36,269 nucleotides of DNA, taken from NCBI GenBank assembly GCA_020060805.1, contig JAGUZM010000002.1, positions 1 through 36,269 of the forward strand, written 5' to 3'. Position numbers and translations under genes: made by a program. Below, piece after piece: positions 18,607-26,243 of the stretch; position 1 is the first letter of the stretch, and each line of letters opens with the position of its first letter. Origin of the DNA: Deltaproteobacteria bacterium. GTDB lineage: Bacteria > Desulfobacterota > DSM-4660 > Desulfatiglandales > HGW-15. The notes below the pieces were generated by a model. That model was not told the origin of the DNA and searched no databases. It saw nothing but the letters and a program-made list of their open reading frames with translations.

Positions 18607-19740
18607 CTATCCAACAGCTTTAAGACGGCTTCCTATAGCATTTCTGAGCACTGCAGGCATTCCGCCGAGGAAAATCGCTCCGCGAGCATCTCTCAGGTAC
18701 CTTTCTATAGGGAACTCTTTAGAATAACCATACCCGCCGAATACGGTCATTGCCATGTTCGTAATATCAATGGCCCCATCTGAACAGACAAGTTTTGCAG
18801 CAGATGCGGCTAGTATACCGGGAAACCCCTCCTCACTTATGTCCCTAGCTGCGGAGTAAACAAGTTGTCTCATGCATTCGATTTTCACCGCCATATCCGC
18901 TAATTTCCATCGAATTCCCTGATGGTCTATTAGTAACTTTCTGCTAACTGTTCTGCTCTTCGCATATTTTAAGCTTTCTTCGAAAGCGGCCTCGGATATT
19001 CCAAGTGAGATAGAAGCCAACCCAACTCTTGTGCCGTTGAAAAGTTGCAGCATCTTTCTTAGGCTGCCGTTCCCCTTTAACAGCACATTTTCTCGAGGGA
19101 CCTTACAACCGTTAAAGACCAACTCACCTGAATCCAGCCCTTTTAGGCCTAAGAAATCTTCATGCCCACCCTGATAAAAACCCGGGGTTCCCTTTTCGAT
19201 AAGTAAACAGCCGATCGAATTGTCATCTTCAAATCTAACGTAAACTAAATGTACATCAGCGTTTCTACCCATCGTGATCATACATTTATTTCCGTTGACC
19301 ACGTAGTAATCGCCGGAAGGCGTTGCCGTTGTAGTTAGCTCATTTAAACTCGATCCAACATTGGGTTCTGTTTGAGCCATTGAAAACAATATTTTTCCTG
19401 AAACTAGTTGGGGGAGGAATTTGGCCTTTATCTTTTCTTCTCCAAACATCATTATATAAACAGGGCTTGCGTTGTGCTGTACCTGCAGAATAACTGCGGT
19501 GCTGGCGTCTGCCTTCGCCACCTCTTCCAGCACAATAACCGAGTCGAACAAGCTTCTGCCGCTTCCTCCATATTTTTGAGGTACTCTCATTCCCAAAATT
19601 TTCAGTTTGGCAAGGCTTTTCGTATTCTCCAATGCGTATAATGGATTTAGATCATCCTTTCTGGCATGATGGGCTATCTCACCGTTGACGAATCTCGTTA
19701 CCGTTTTTCTCAACATGTTGTGAGCATTTGATCGTAACAT
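18607..19740 (-). CDS. acyl-CoA dehydrogenase family protein (ACAD-3)
   Basis: SMAQTEPNVGSS and VFGGYGYSKEFPIERYLRDAR. The canonical YEG position reads LGG. Its ATG overlaps the etfA stop (TAATG). Confidence 0.88.
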   Translation of the reverse strand: MLRSNAHNMLRKTVTRFVNGEIAHHARKDDLNPLYALENTKSLAKLKILGMRVPQKYGGSGRSLFDSVIVLEEVAKADASTAVILQVQHNASPVYIMMFGEEKIKAKFLPQLVSGKILFSMAQTEPNVGSSLNELTTTATPSGDYYVVNGNKCMITMGRNADVHLVYVRFEDDNSIGCLLIEKGTPGFYQGGHEDFLGLKGLDSGELVFNGCKVPRENVLLKGNGSLRKMLQLFNGTRVGLASISLGISEAAFEESLKYAKSRTVSRKLLIDHQGIRWKLADMAVKIECMRQLVYSAARDISEEGFPGILAASAAKLVCSDGAIDITNMAMTVFGGYGYSKEFPIERYLRDARGAIFLGGMPAVLRNAIGSRLKAVG

Positions 19741-20942
19741 TATTTCTCCCGCCTTTCGGCCCTTCGTGTTATTGCAGCGGCAAATGTTGGAACGACCTCG
19801 TTTAAGTCACCGAGAATACCCCAATCAGCTACCCCAAATATTGGCGCATTCTTATCGGAATTAATAGCTATTATGTATCTTGAATCCGACATACCTGCCT
19901 TGTGTTGTATAGCACCCGAAATGCCACAGGCTATGTATATTTCGGGTTTTACGACGAGTCCCGTTTGCCCTACCTGACGTTCCAGAGGCAGCAAACCCTC
20001 CTCGACCAAAGGCCGTGTACATGCCACTTCCCCACCCAGTGCTTCCGCCAACGCGAAAACAAATTTGATCCCCTTCTCCGATGCGGCTCCTCTACCTGCG
20101 GCTACAATCACTTTGGCATTTTCAAGCCCTATGTTCTTTCCCTTTTGGTTGATCCTTTCAAGTACGTCAATAGGAGTATCCTGAGGCGATAGGTGAGCCT
20201 TCTTCTCAATGACGTTCAATTCATATGAGCCCATCGTCCTTGTAGCCTTCATAACACCTGGCCTAACGGTTGCCATCTGCGGGCGACTGTAAGGAGACTT
20301 TATTGTTGCCATTACATTTCCGCCAAATGCCGGGCGCGTTTGAAGCAAAGTCCCATCCCTCTGATCTATAGCCAATTCCGTGCAGTCTGCAGTCAGCCCC
20401 ACTTCAAGTCTAATCGCAAGCCTCGGCGCGAGGTCCCTACCAATCGGAGTTGCGCCTATTAACAAAATGTTCGGTTTGTTATTTTGCACAATTTCGGATA
20501 TGATTTTACTATAGGATGCCGTCTGATAGTTTTCGAGGCCAGGGTGCTGACAAAAGTATACGTTTTTGGCCCCAAATTCTTTCAGGGTGTCAAGACAATG
20601 ATATACATTATTGCCCAGAAGGACGGCTGATAATTCTTGCCCGGTACTAGCGGCCAGGATTTGACCAATACCTAGAAGTTCAAGGGTGACTTTGTGGATG
20701 TGTCCTTCTGTCTGTTCCACGAACACCCATACTCCCTTACGGTCATCAAATGCCGGAATCTCCCGTTCCTTAACGTTTGAAATTATTGCACGCGTTTTGC
20801 AGACTGTCAGGCATGCACCACACGCCGTACATCTGTCATTAACTGCTGCTTTGCCATCTATTAGGACTAGAGCACCATAGGGGCATGCCTTCGTGCATTT
20901 CTTGCATCCGGTGCAATTGTCCTTGCTTATGAATATTTCCAT
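19740..20942 (-). CDS. etfA: electron transfer flavoprotein alpha subunit with N-terminal 2x[4Fe-4S] ferredoxin domain
   Basis: Two CxxCxxCxxxC(P) clusters (CTGCKKCTKACP, CTACGACLTVC) precede an EtfA/FixB body, with C-terminal YIACGISGAIQHKAGM. Confidence 0.9.
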   Translation of the reverse strand: MEIFISKDNCTGCKKCTKACPYGALVLIDGKAAVNDRCTACGACLTVCKTRAIISNVKEREIPAFDDRKGVWVFVEQTEGHIHKVTLELLGIGQILAASTGQELSAVLLGNNVYHCLDTLKEFGAKNVYFCQHPGLENYQTASYSKIISEIVQNNKPNILLIGATPIGRDLAPRLAIRLEVGLTADCTELAIDQRDGTLLQTRPAFGGNVMATIKSPYSRPQMATVRPGVMKATRTMGSYELNVIEKKAHLSPQDTPIDVLERINQKGKNIGLENAKVIVAAGRGAASEKGIKFVFALAEALGGEVACTRPLVEEGLLPLERQVGQTGLVVKPEIYIACGISGAIQHKAGMSDSRYIIAINSDKNAPIFGVADWGILGDLNEVVPTFAAAITRRAERREK

Positions 20943-20959
20943 ATAATCTCCGCCGCTTG

Positions 20960-21751
20960 TTAAATAAGATGCCTTTCCTGAAGCCTCTGAATCAAAAGGT
21001 CGACGACTTCCTCTTTGCTCCCCTTCAATAACTCAGCGTCTCGCTTCGTCTTTGGCGCAAAGGTCTTTATAACCCGCGTAAGCGAGCCTGTTAATCCCAC
21101 CTGTTGAGCCAAAACTCGCAAATCTACCGCATTCCATTCAACGATATCTGCTTCCTCTTCACAGCATTTAAAGAGAAGATCAACCCTCGGATACCTTGGC
21201 TTATTTACCTTTGAAACGACCGTCAGCAATGCAGGAAGCGGGCATTTGATTCTTTGATAACCGTCCTCGAGGCCTTTCTGCACTATGATGTAATCCCTGC
21301 CAAGTTCCTCGATTTTTTGGACAAAGGTGACCTGCGGCAGGTTCAAGAATTCAGCCACTTGCGGCCCTATTTGGGCGGTATCGCCGTCGATGGCCTGTCT
21401 CCCACAGAGAATCAGGTCGTATTCTCCAATTTTTTTTATAGCTTTTTGAAGGGTAAATGATGTCGCCCAAGTATCCGCTCCACCGAAGTTTCGATCACTC
21501 AGTAACACTCCTTTTTCTATGCCCATTGCCATCGCTTCGGTTATGGCATCTATGGTTTGGGGAGGACCCATCGATACTACTGTAGTTTTTGCTTGATAAT
21601 CTTCACTCAGACTAATAGCCAACTCTATTGCATGTCTATCTTCCGGATTGATGATGCTTTCTATTCCTTCCCTGATGAGGTTTCCGGTTTTGGGGTCGAT
21701 CTTAATCTCAGCAGTATTCGGTACTTGTTTCATTAAAACTATGATCTGCAT
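20960..21751 (-). CDS. etfB: electron transfer flavoprotein beta subunit
   Basis: MQIIVLMKQVPNT...IKIDPKTG..., ILCGRQAIDGDTAQIGPQVAEFLNLPQVT. Typical EtfB/FixA. Confidence 0.9.
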   Translation of the reverse strand: MQIIVLMKQVPNTAEIKIDPKTGNLIREGIESIINPEDRHAIELAISLSEDYQAKTTVVSMGPPQTIDAITEAMAMGIEKGVLLSDRNFGGADTWATSFTLQKAIKKIGEYDLILCGRQAIDGDTAQIGPQVAEFLNLPQVTFVQKIEELGRDYIIVQKGLEDGYQRIKCPLPALLTVVSKVNKPRYPRVDLLFKCCEEEADIVEWNAVDLRVLAQQVGLTGSLTRVIKTFAPKTKRDAELLKGSKEEVVDLLIQRLQERHLI

Positions 21752-21754
21752 CTT

Positions 21755-22549
21755 TTACTCCTCCAGCAATAAGTCTTCAGCTGCTCCCCTCCCGCTAGAT
21801 TGAACCTTTTCTGAGAGTTTCCCAGGCGACTTTTCAAGGCCCTCCTTGCTCTGCTCCAGGTGCATCTGCATCAATTTGATTGCAAGCCGTTTTTTCTTCT
21901 GTTTGATAGCTTTCAGAATCCGCTCGTGAAACACTATAGCTTGCTTGCTCACCGACACATCTTTGGGGAGATTGCTCATCACAGCGCCCATAGCACCAAG
22001 TACAGCACCTGTTACGATGGCGAAAACCTGATTCTGAGTGCTCACAGCCAAAATCTGATGAAATTCAAGATTTTCGCTTGTGGCCATCTTTTTGATGGCA
22101 ATTTGGTGTTTAGCTTTTTCGATGTTATTTTCCAGAAGAAGAATGCCTTTTTCGTCTATGGAAGAAAAAACTTCACCCATAATCATTCTCTCTATTTTAA
22201 TCCTTGCTACTGTGAGTTCTTCCAGGCTGATTTTGTCAAACCGCAGGGCATCGAAGAAGAGGGAACCAATTCTGCTAAGAACATTGTCGGCGATGGTAGG
22301 TCCCCCGCCGTATCCTTTTTGTACAGTTATGAACCCAGAAAGCTCGAGCACGCGAAGGGCTTCACGGATAGTCTGTCGACCTAATTTGAATTGGCGCGCA
22401 AGCTCAGTCTCGGAAGGGAGTTTGTCTCCAGGCTTCAAGACGCCTTTGAAAATGAGCTCCTTCACCTCCAAGGCAATTTCATCGAAGCTGCGTCTGCTTT
22501 TTATCGGAGAGAAAATAATTGGAGTATTGTCAGACATAACTACATTCAT
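21755..22549 (-). CDS. GntR/FadR-family transcriptional regulator (winged HTH + FCD-type domain)
   Basis: KPGDKLPSETELARQFKLGRQTIREALRVLELSGFI is a GntR wHTH. The helical C-terminal domain has FadR/FCD length. It is the first gene of the minus-strand operon. Confidence 0.85.
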   Translation of the reverse strand: MNVVMSDNTPIIFSPIKSRRSFDEIALEVKELIFKGVLKPGDKLPSETELARQFKLGRQTIREALRVLELSGFITVQKGYGGGPTIADNVLSRIGSLFFDALRFDKISLEELTVARIKIERMIMGEVFSSIDEKGILLLENNIEKAKHQIAIKKMATSENLEFHQILAVSTQNQVFAIVTGAVLGAMGAVMSNLPKDVSVSKQAIVFHERILKAIKQKKKRLAIKLMQMHLEQSKEGLEKSPGKLSEKVQSSGRGAAEDLLLEE

Positions 22550-22564
22550 ACTTCTCGATTAAAT

Positions 22565-22582
22565 TTTTTGTCAAGACAAAAA
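22565..22582. promoter_or_regulatory. 18-bp perfect palindrome TTTTTGTC-AA-GACAAAAA, candidate GntR-family operator
   Basis: Perfect inverted repeat 16 bp upstream of the GntR start. The core TGTC-N2-GACA fits the GT-N-AC type palindromes bound by GntR/FadR regulators. Confidence 0.35.
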
Positions 22583-22811
22583 TACTCTCGTTCTCATCAT
22601 TTTGATTGAATCTTGGGCAGAGTCGCCGATAGTAGCGGCAATATTTCGTGTTTTTGGTTACTTACCTACCTTGAATAAGCCGATTCCGCCTGTGTCGTCT
22701 GTCCGATTTTAGTTGGAATAGAGCAGATCTTCCAAATAGCAAGCATATTGACGCCCTCGTAAAAAGTCGAAAATCGCAAAGTCGGGTATAGTAAATCCAA
22801 TGTCATCAATC

Positions 22812-22898
22812 TCAGCACAAAATGGCCGGAATTGGACTTTTTACGAACCCATCAAGCTTGGCAAAACGGCACTTCTTGTCTTTGTCTTTTTCGGACAT
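22812..22898 (-). CDS. 28-codon small ORF (MSEKDKDKKCRFAKLDGFVKSPIPAILC), speculative
   Basis: ATG 22898 is preceded by AAAGGAG at good spacing and by a sigma70-like promoter. It is below the ORF-track length cutoff. Its 3' half overlaps one arm of an 11-bp inverted repeat. Confidence 0.25.
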   Translation of the reverse strand: MSEKDKDKKCRFAKLDGFVKSPIPAILC

Positions 22899-22928
22899 GG
22901 CAATTACTCCTTTCATGAAGTTTCCTGC

Positions 22929-22957
22929 AGCCTAGGGGAGGGAGGCCGCTTTGTCAA
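22929..22957 (-). promoter_or_regulatory. sigma70-like promoter TTGACA-N17-TAGGCT (minus strand)
   Basis: The reverse complement of 22952-22957 is TTGACA. The reverse complement of 22929-22934 is TAGGCT, with a 17-nt spacer. It points toward the small ORF and the GntR operon. Confidence 0.35.
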
Positions 22958-23107
22958 TGGTTTTTAACAAACAGATATACAAAAAGTTAGCTATTAGCTA
23001 ATATCCATGGAGAATTTCAGCTGGTGGGGAACTCACGTTTGTGCTTCTTCGTCCAAAATTTCAAGTAATTCTATACCGATAGCGGTATCTTATAGTGGGA
23101 GGTCGGA

Positions 23108-24190
23108 ATGGCTTTAGGGAAGAAATTGATGAAGAAGAGGAAAGAGAGGAACCTAACGCAAGAGGCGCTGGCTAAAGAACTCGGCGTTACATCAGCGTAC
23201 ATCAGCCAAATTGAGAAAGCCCAACGAAATCCTTCTTATGGTCTTCTAATCAAGCTGGCACATGTACTGGATATCACAGTTGATTATTTGCTTGCATCGG
23301 AAGATTCTCTATCGAAGGAACCATCGCTGCGGTTCATAGATAACGCCCTCCGCTTCTTCAACTCCAAACAACGTTCTAGAGTTATTGACTATATTCATCA
23401 AATCTCAGGCACCAAGAGATACAAGCAATTTCCTATCCTGAACTCCGTTGAGGAGTATTCCTCATTCATAGTAAGTCATCTTAAGTACAACAAGATCCCG
23501 GTAGATCCTTTTGAAATCGCTGATCAACTTGGCATCGACGTTATACTCTCAAAAAAGGAATTGAAGCATGAGGCGATGCTGTTCAAGAGCACCGAGCGTC
23601 CTACTATCATATTGGATTCCAGCATCGGTAGTTCGGCTCGGCAGAGGTTCACTGTCGCAACAATGATCGGTCACTTGGTTATCCCATGGCACTTGCGGCC
23701 GGTTTTTGAGAGAGAGAAAGAGAGAAGGTCATTGGACTTAGAAGATCAGCTGGAAATAGAGGCAAGGAAGTTTGCCGGAGAACTCTTGATCCCATCGAGG
23801 TTGGTGTGGCGAGATTTTGAAGAACTGGATCCGGATCTCGAGACTTTCGAGAATATCGCATATGGGAAATATGGTTGTTCAATGTTGGCAATTGCACACA
23901 AGTACATTGAAAAATATGCAAAGACAGCAGTCCTGATTACTTCCCGAGAAGGAAAACCAACAAGGGTTTATAGCTCCGGTCTCCCATACACGCTTTTAGA
24001 AAAACCCCGTGAAGGTTCTCTTGTGCTCACCTTCATCTCCAAACCTCCAAGTGAAAAGGAATACAGGAAAGGGTTCGTGGAACCTAATTGCTGGGTACTC
24101 AACCCGCCAAGGAATCTAAAGGTGCACGAAGAGACTTTGTTGGATCCGAAAGAAGGAGTAGCGGTCTCCCTGCTTAGGTTCAGTACTTGA
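23108..24190 (+). CDS. XRE-family HTH regulator fused to an ImmA/IrrE-like (M78) domain with degenerate HExxH
   Basis: N-terminal LTQEALAKELGVTSAYISQIEKAQRNPS is an XRE HTH. The C-terminal RQRFTVATMIGHLVIPWH...EIEARKFAGELLIP matches the ImmA/IrrE pattern RFT-AHE-GH...E-EAN-FA-ELL-P. The first His and the Glu of the zinc motif are replaced by Thr-Met (23660-23674). Confidence 0.85.
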   Translation: MALGKKLMKKRKERNLTQEALAKELGVTSAYISQIEKAQRNPSYGLLIKLAHVLDITVDYLLASEDSLSKEPSLRFIDNALRFFNSKQRSRVIDYIHQISGTKRYKQFPILNSVEEYSSFIVSHLKYNKIPVDPFEIADQLGIDVILSKKELKHEAMLFKSTERPTIILDSSIGSSARQRFTVATMIGHLVIPWHLRPVFEREKERRSLDLEDQLEIEARKFAGELLIPSRLVWRDFEELDPDLETFENIAYGKYGCSMLAIAHKYIEKYAKTAVLITSREGKPTRVYSSGLPYTLLEKPREGSLVLTFISKPPSEKEYRKGFVEPNCWVLNPPRNLKVHEETLLDPKEGVAVSLLRFST

Positions 24191-24280
24191 GAGCGATCAC
24201 AATAAATTGAGGGAGAAGTCTTCAAGATAAATGAGGTTTGCGTGTGAAAATAGGGGACACAACTCTGAATATAGATAGAA

Positions 24281-24755
24281 GATGAACGAGTGAGCCGGGG
24301 GATCTACCGCCTCGCGGAACTGCCCCCGATCAGCAACCCCGACCTCGTTACCGTCGGCCTCCGCTTCCCGAGCGCGGTGGTCTGTCTCGTCTCCGCCCTG
24401 TCCTTTCATGAAATCACCACCCAGGTCCCCCACGAGGTCCATCGCAATGCCTAGAGGCACTCGCACGCCTTCGCTCGCCCACCCGCCCATCCGGGTCCAC
24501 CAATTCTCTGAGGCCGCGTACCGCTCCGGCATCGAGGAGCACCGGCTCGACGACGTGCCGATCAAGGTCTATAACCCAGAGAAGGCGCTCGCAAACTGCT
24601 TCAAGTTTCGAAACAAGATCGGGATGGACGTGGTGCTGGAGGCGCTGAGACTCTACAGGACCCGAAAGCGGTTCGACGTCGGCAAACTGCTCCATTACGC
24701 CAGGATCTGCCGGGTCGAACGGATCATGCGGCCCTACCTCGAGGGAGCGCTATGA
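24281..24755 (+). pseudogene. abiEi: AbiEi-family antitoxin gene, 5'-truncated and frameshifted
   Basis: Frame A reads ERVSRGIYRLAELPPISNPDLVTVGLRFPSAVVCLVSALSFHEITTQVPHEVH and then stops at 24452-24454. Frame B (24408..24755) continues IAMPRGTRTPSLAHPPIRVHQFSEAAYRSGIEE...VYNPEKALANCFKFRNKIG. The ~40 N-terminal wHTH codons are missing upstream of ~24275. Confidence 0.75.
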
Positions 24756-25548
24756 CCCCTCCAAAGAATCTTCCGATGTCCGTTCGCGATCGCCTCCTTG
24801 ACCGTGCGAGGAGTGACAAGCGGCCCTTCGGTGAACTCCTTCAGTATTTTGCGGTGGAACGGTTCCTCTACCGGCTTATGCAGAGCCGCCATGCCGAGCG
24901 TTTCGTGCTCAAGGGCGCACTGATGCTGAGGGTATGGCGGTCGCCGGAGCAGCGGCCGACCATGGACATCGACATGCTGGGGGAGACGAGCAAACCTGGA
25001 GGCTGGTCACCGAGGTTGAACCCGATGGGATCGTCTTCGATGCCTATTCCATTGAGGCCGAACGAATCACTGAAGACGCGGACTACGAGGGGATCAGAAT
25101 CCGTTTTCTGGGGCAGCTGGAGAGGGCGAGGATCCACATGCAGGTCGATATCGGATTTGGGGACGTGGCGTACCCCGAGCCTGCGAGAGCGGATTTCCCG
25201 GCCATGCTGGGTTTCCCCGCACCTCGACTGCTCTGTTACAGCCGTGAGAGCTCCATTGCCGAGAAACTGGAAGCCATGGTCAAACTGGGCGCCCTGAACA
25301 GCCGGATGAAGGATTTCTATGACCTCTGGGCACTATCTCGGCAGTTCGATTTCGATGGGGTCACGCCCACCGAGGCCGTCCGCCTGACCTTCGAACGAAG
25401 AGGTACGGGCTGTCTGCTGCGATTGAGGCCCGCCGAGTCATTCATCGAGTCGAAAGGAACACAGTGGACGGCCTTCAGAAAGATTGAAATACCCCCAGGG
25501 CTGGCTCGATCTTGGGGAAGGGGGGAGTTGAAGCTCCCTGCAGATTGA
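24752..25548 (+). pseudogene. abiEii: AbiEii/AbiGii-family nucleotidyltransferase toxin gene, frameshifted
   Basis: The ATG overlaps the abiEi stop (ATGA). The N-terminal part SVRDRLLDRAR...ERFLYRL...FVLKGALML...RPTMDIDMLG is in one frame. The remainder (EPDGIVFD...YEGIRIRF...QVDIGFGD...SRMKDFYDLW) is in another, with the switch and probable short deletion near 24985-25005. Confidence 0.75.
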
Positions 25549-25722
25549 TGCAGTGAGCTTCAATCTCTTGTTCGCCGCCGCCTTCGATAAAACCTGGAGG
25601 CTATCCCTCTGGAGTATGTCAGTCAAGCCCCATACCCGATAGTGGTCGAGAGGCGCAGGTCTCGAGGCTCCAGCGAGGTGCACACGGCATCGGCTGCTAA
25701 GACTTGTTCGTCCTGGTGGCTC

Positions 25723-25915
25723 CACAAACATGTCTTCCCAGCCTTTTCAACGCCTCCATGGAAAGAACGAGTATCCGGGAACAGGCATCGGTCTGGCCAT
25801 AGTCGAGAAGATCGTGGAGCGGCATGGAGGAGCGATCACCGCCAGGAGCACTCCTGAAAAGGGATCGACGTTTATCATCACACTGCCGGCGGTCGGAACC
25901 GAAAACAACAAGTGA
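25723..25915 (+). pseudogene. C-terminal remnant of a sensor histidine kinase (HATPase_c G2 box)
   Basis: The sequence is ...HKHVF / [50 protein letters not shown]. The F-box is split by a 1-nt frameshift near 25735. No H-box/DHp or sensor region exists upstream; only faint, multiply frameshifted traces run back to ~25545. Confidence 0.65.
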
Positions 25916-26243
25916 GCTTCAGTGAAGGATCCATTTCGCTGCCAACCCCTTCGTCTTTCTGTGACGATAAAACGGGGTCCTCAAAGGGATGCCGTGAAAG
26001 AACGGGCGCAGCCAACCAATGCGGGGATTAATTTAGGTTGAACCCATTCGTTTGGAGTTCGTTGACGGGCGTTCGGCAAGTGTGCTAATGGATACGACCA
26101 ATGCCCTCCCTTTTAGGGGATTGTCAACTGAGAGAATATCGGCATCTCGTCCACGCCCTGAGGGATGCTCATACCCCAGTGCGGGCAAGGCCGAATGCAG
26201 CCTTTCCCCCGCTCCGATATCGCCCGGCATTTGGAGAGGGTCC

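Noticed and set aside
21860-22562. 174-aa and 160-aa plus-strand ORFs opposite the GntR gene
   Set aside because: They are antisense to a regulator with a clear wHTH motif and have no RBS or motifs.
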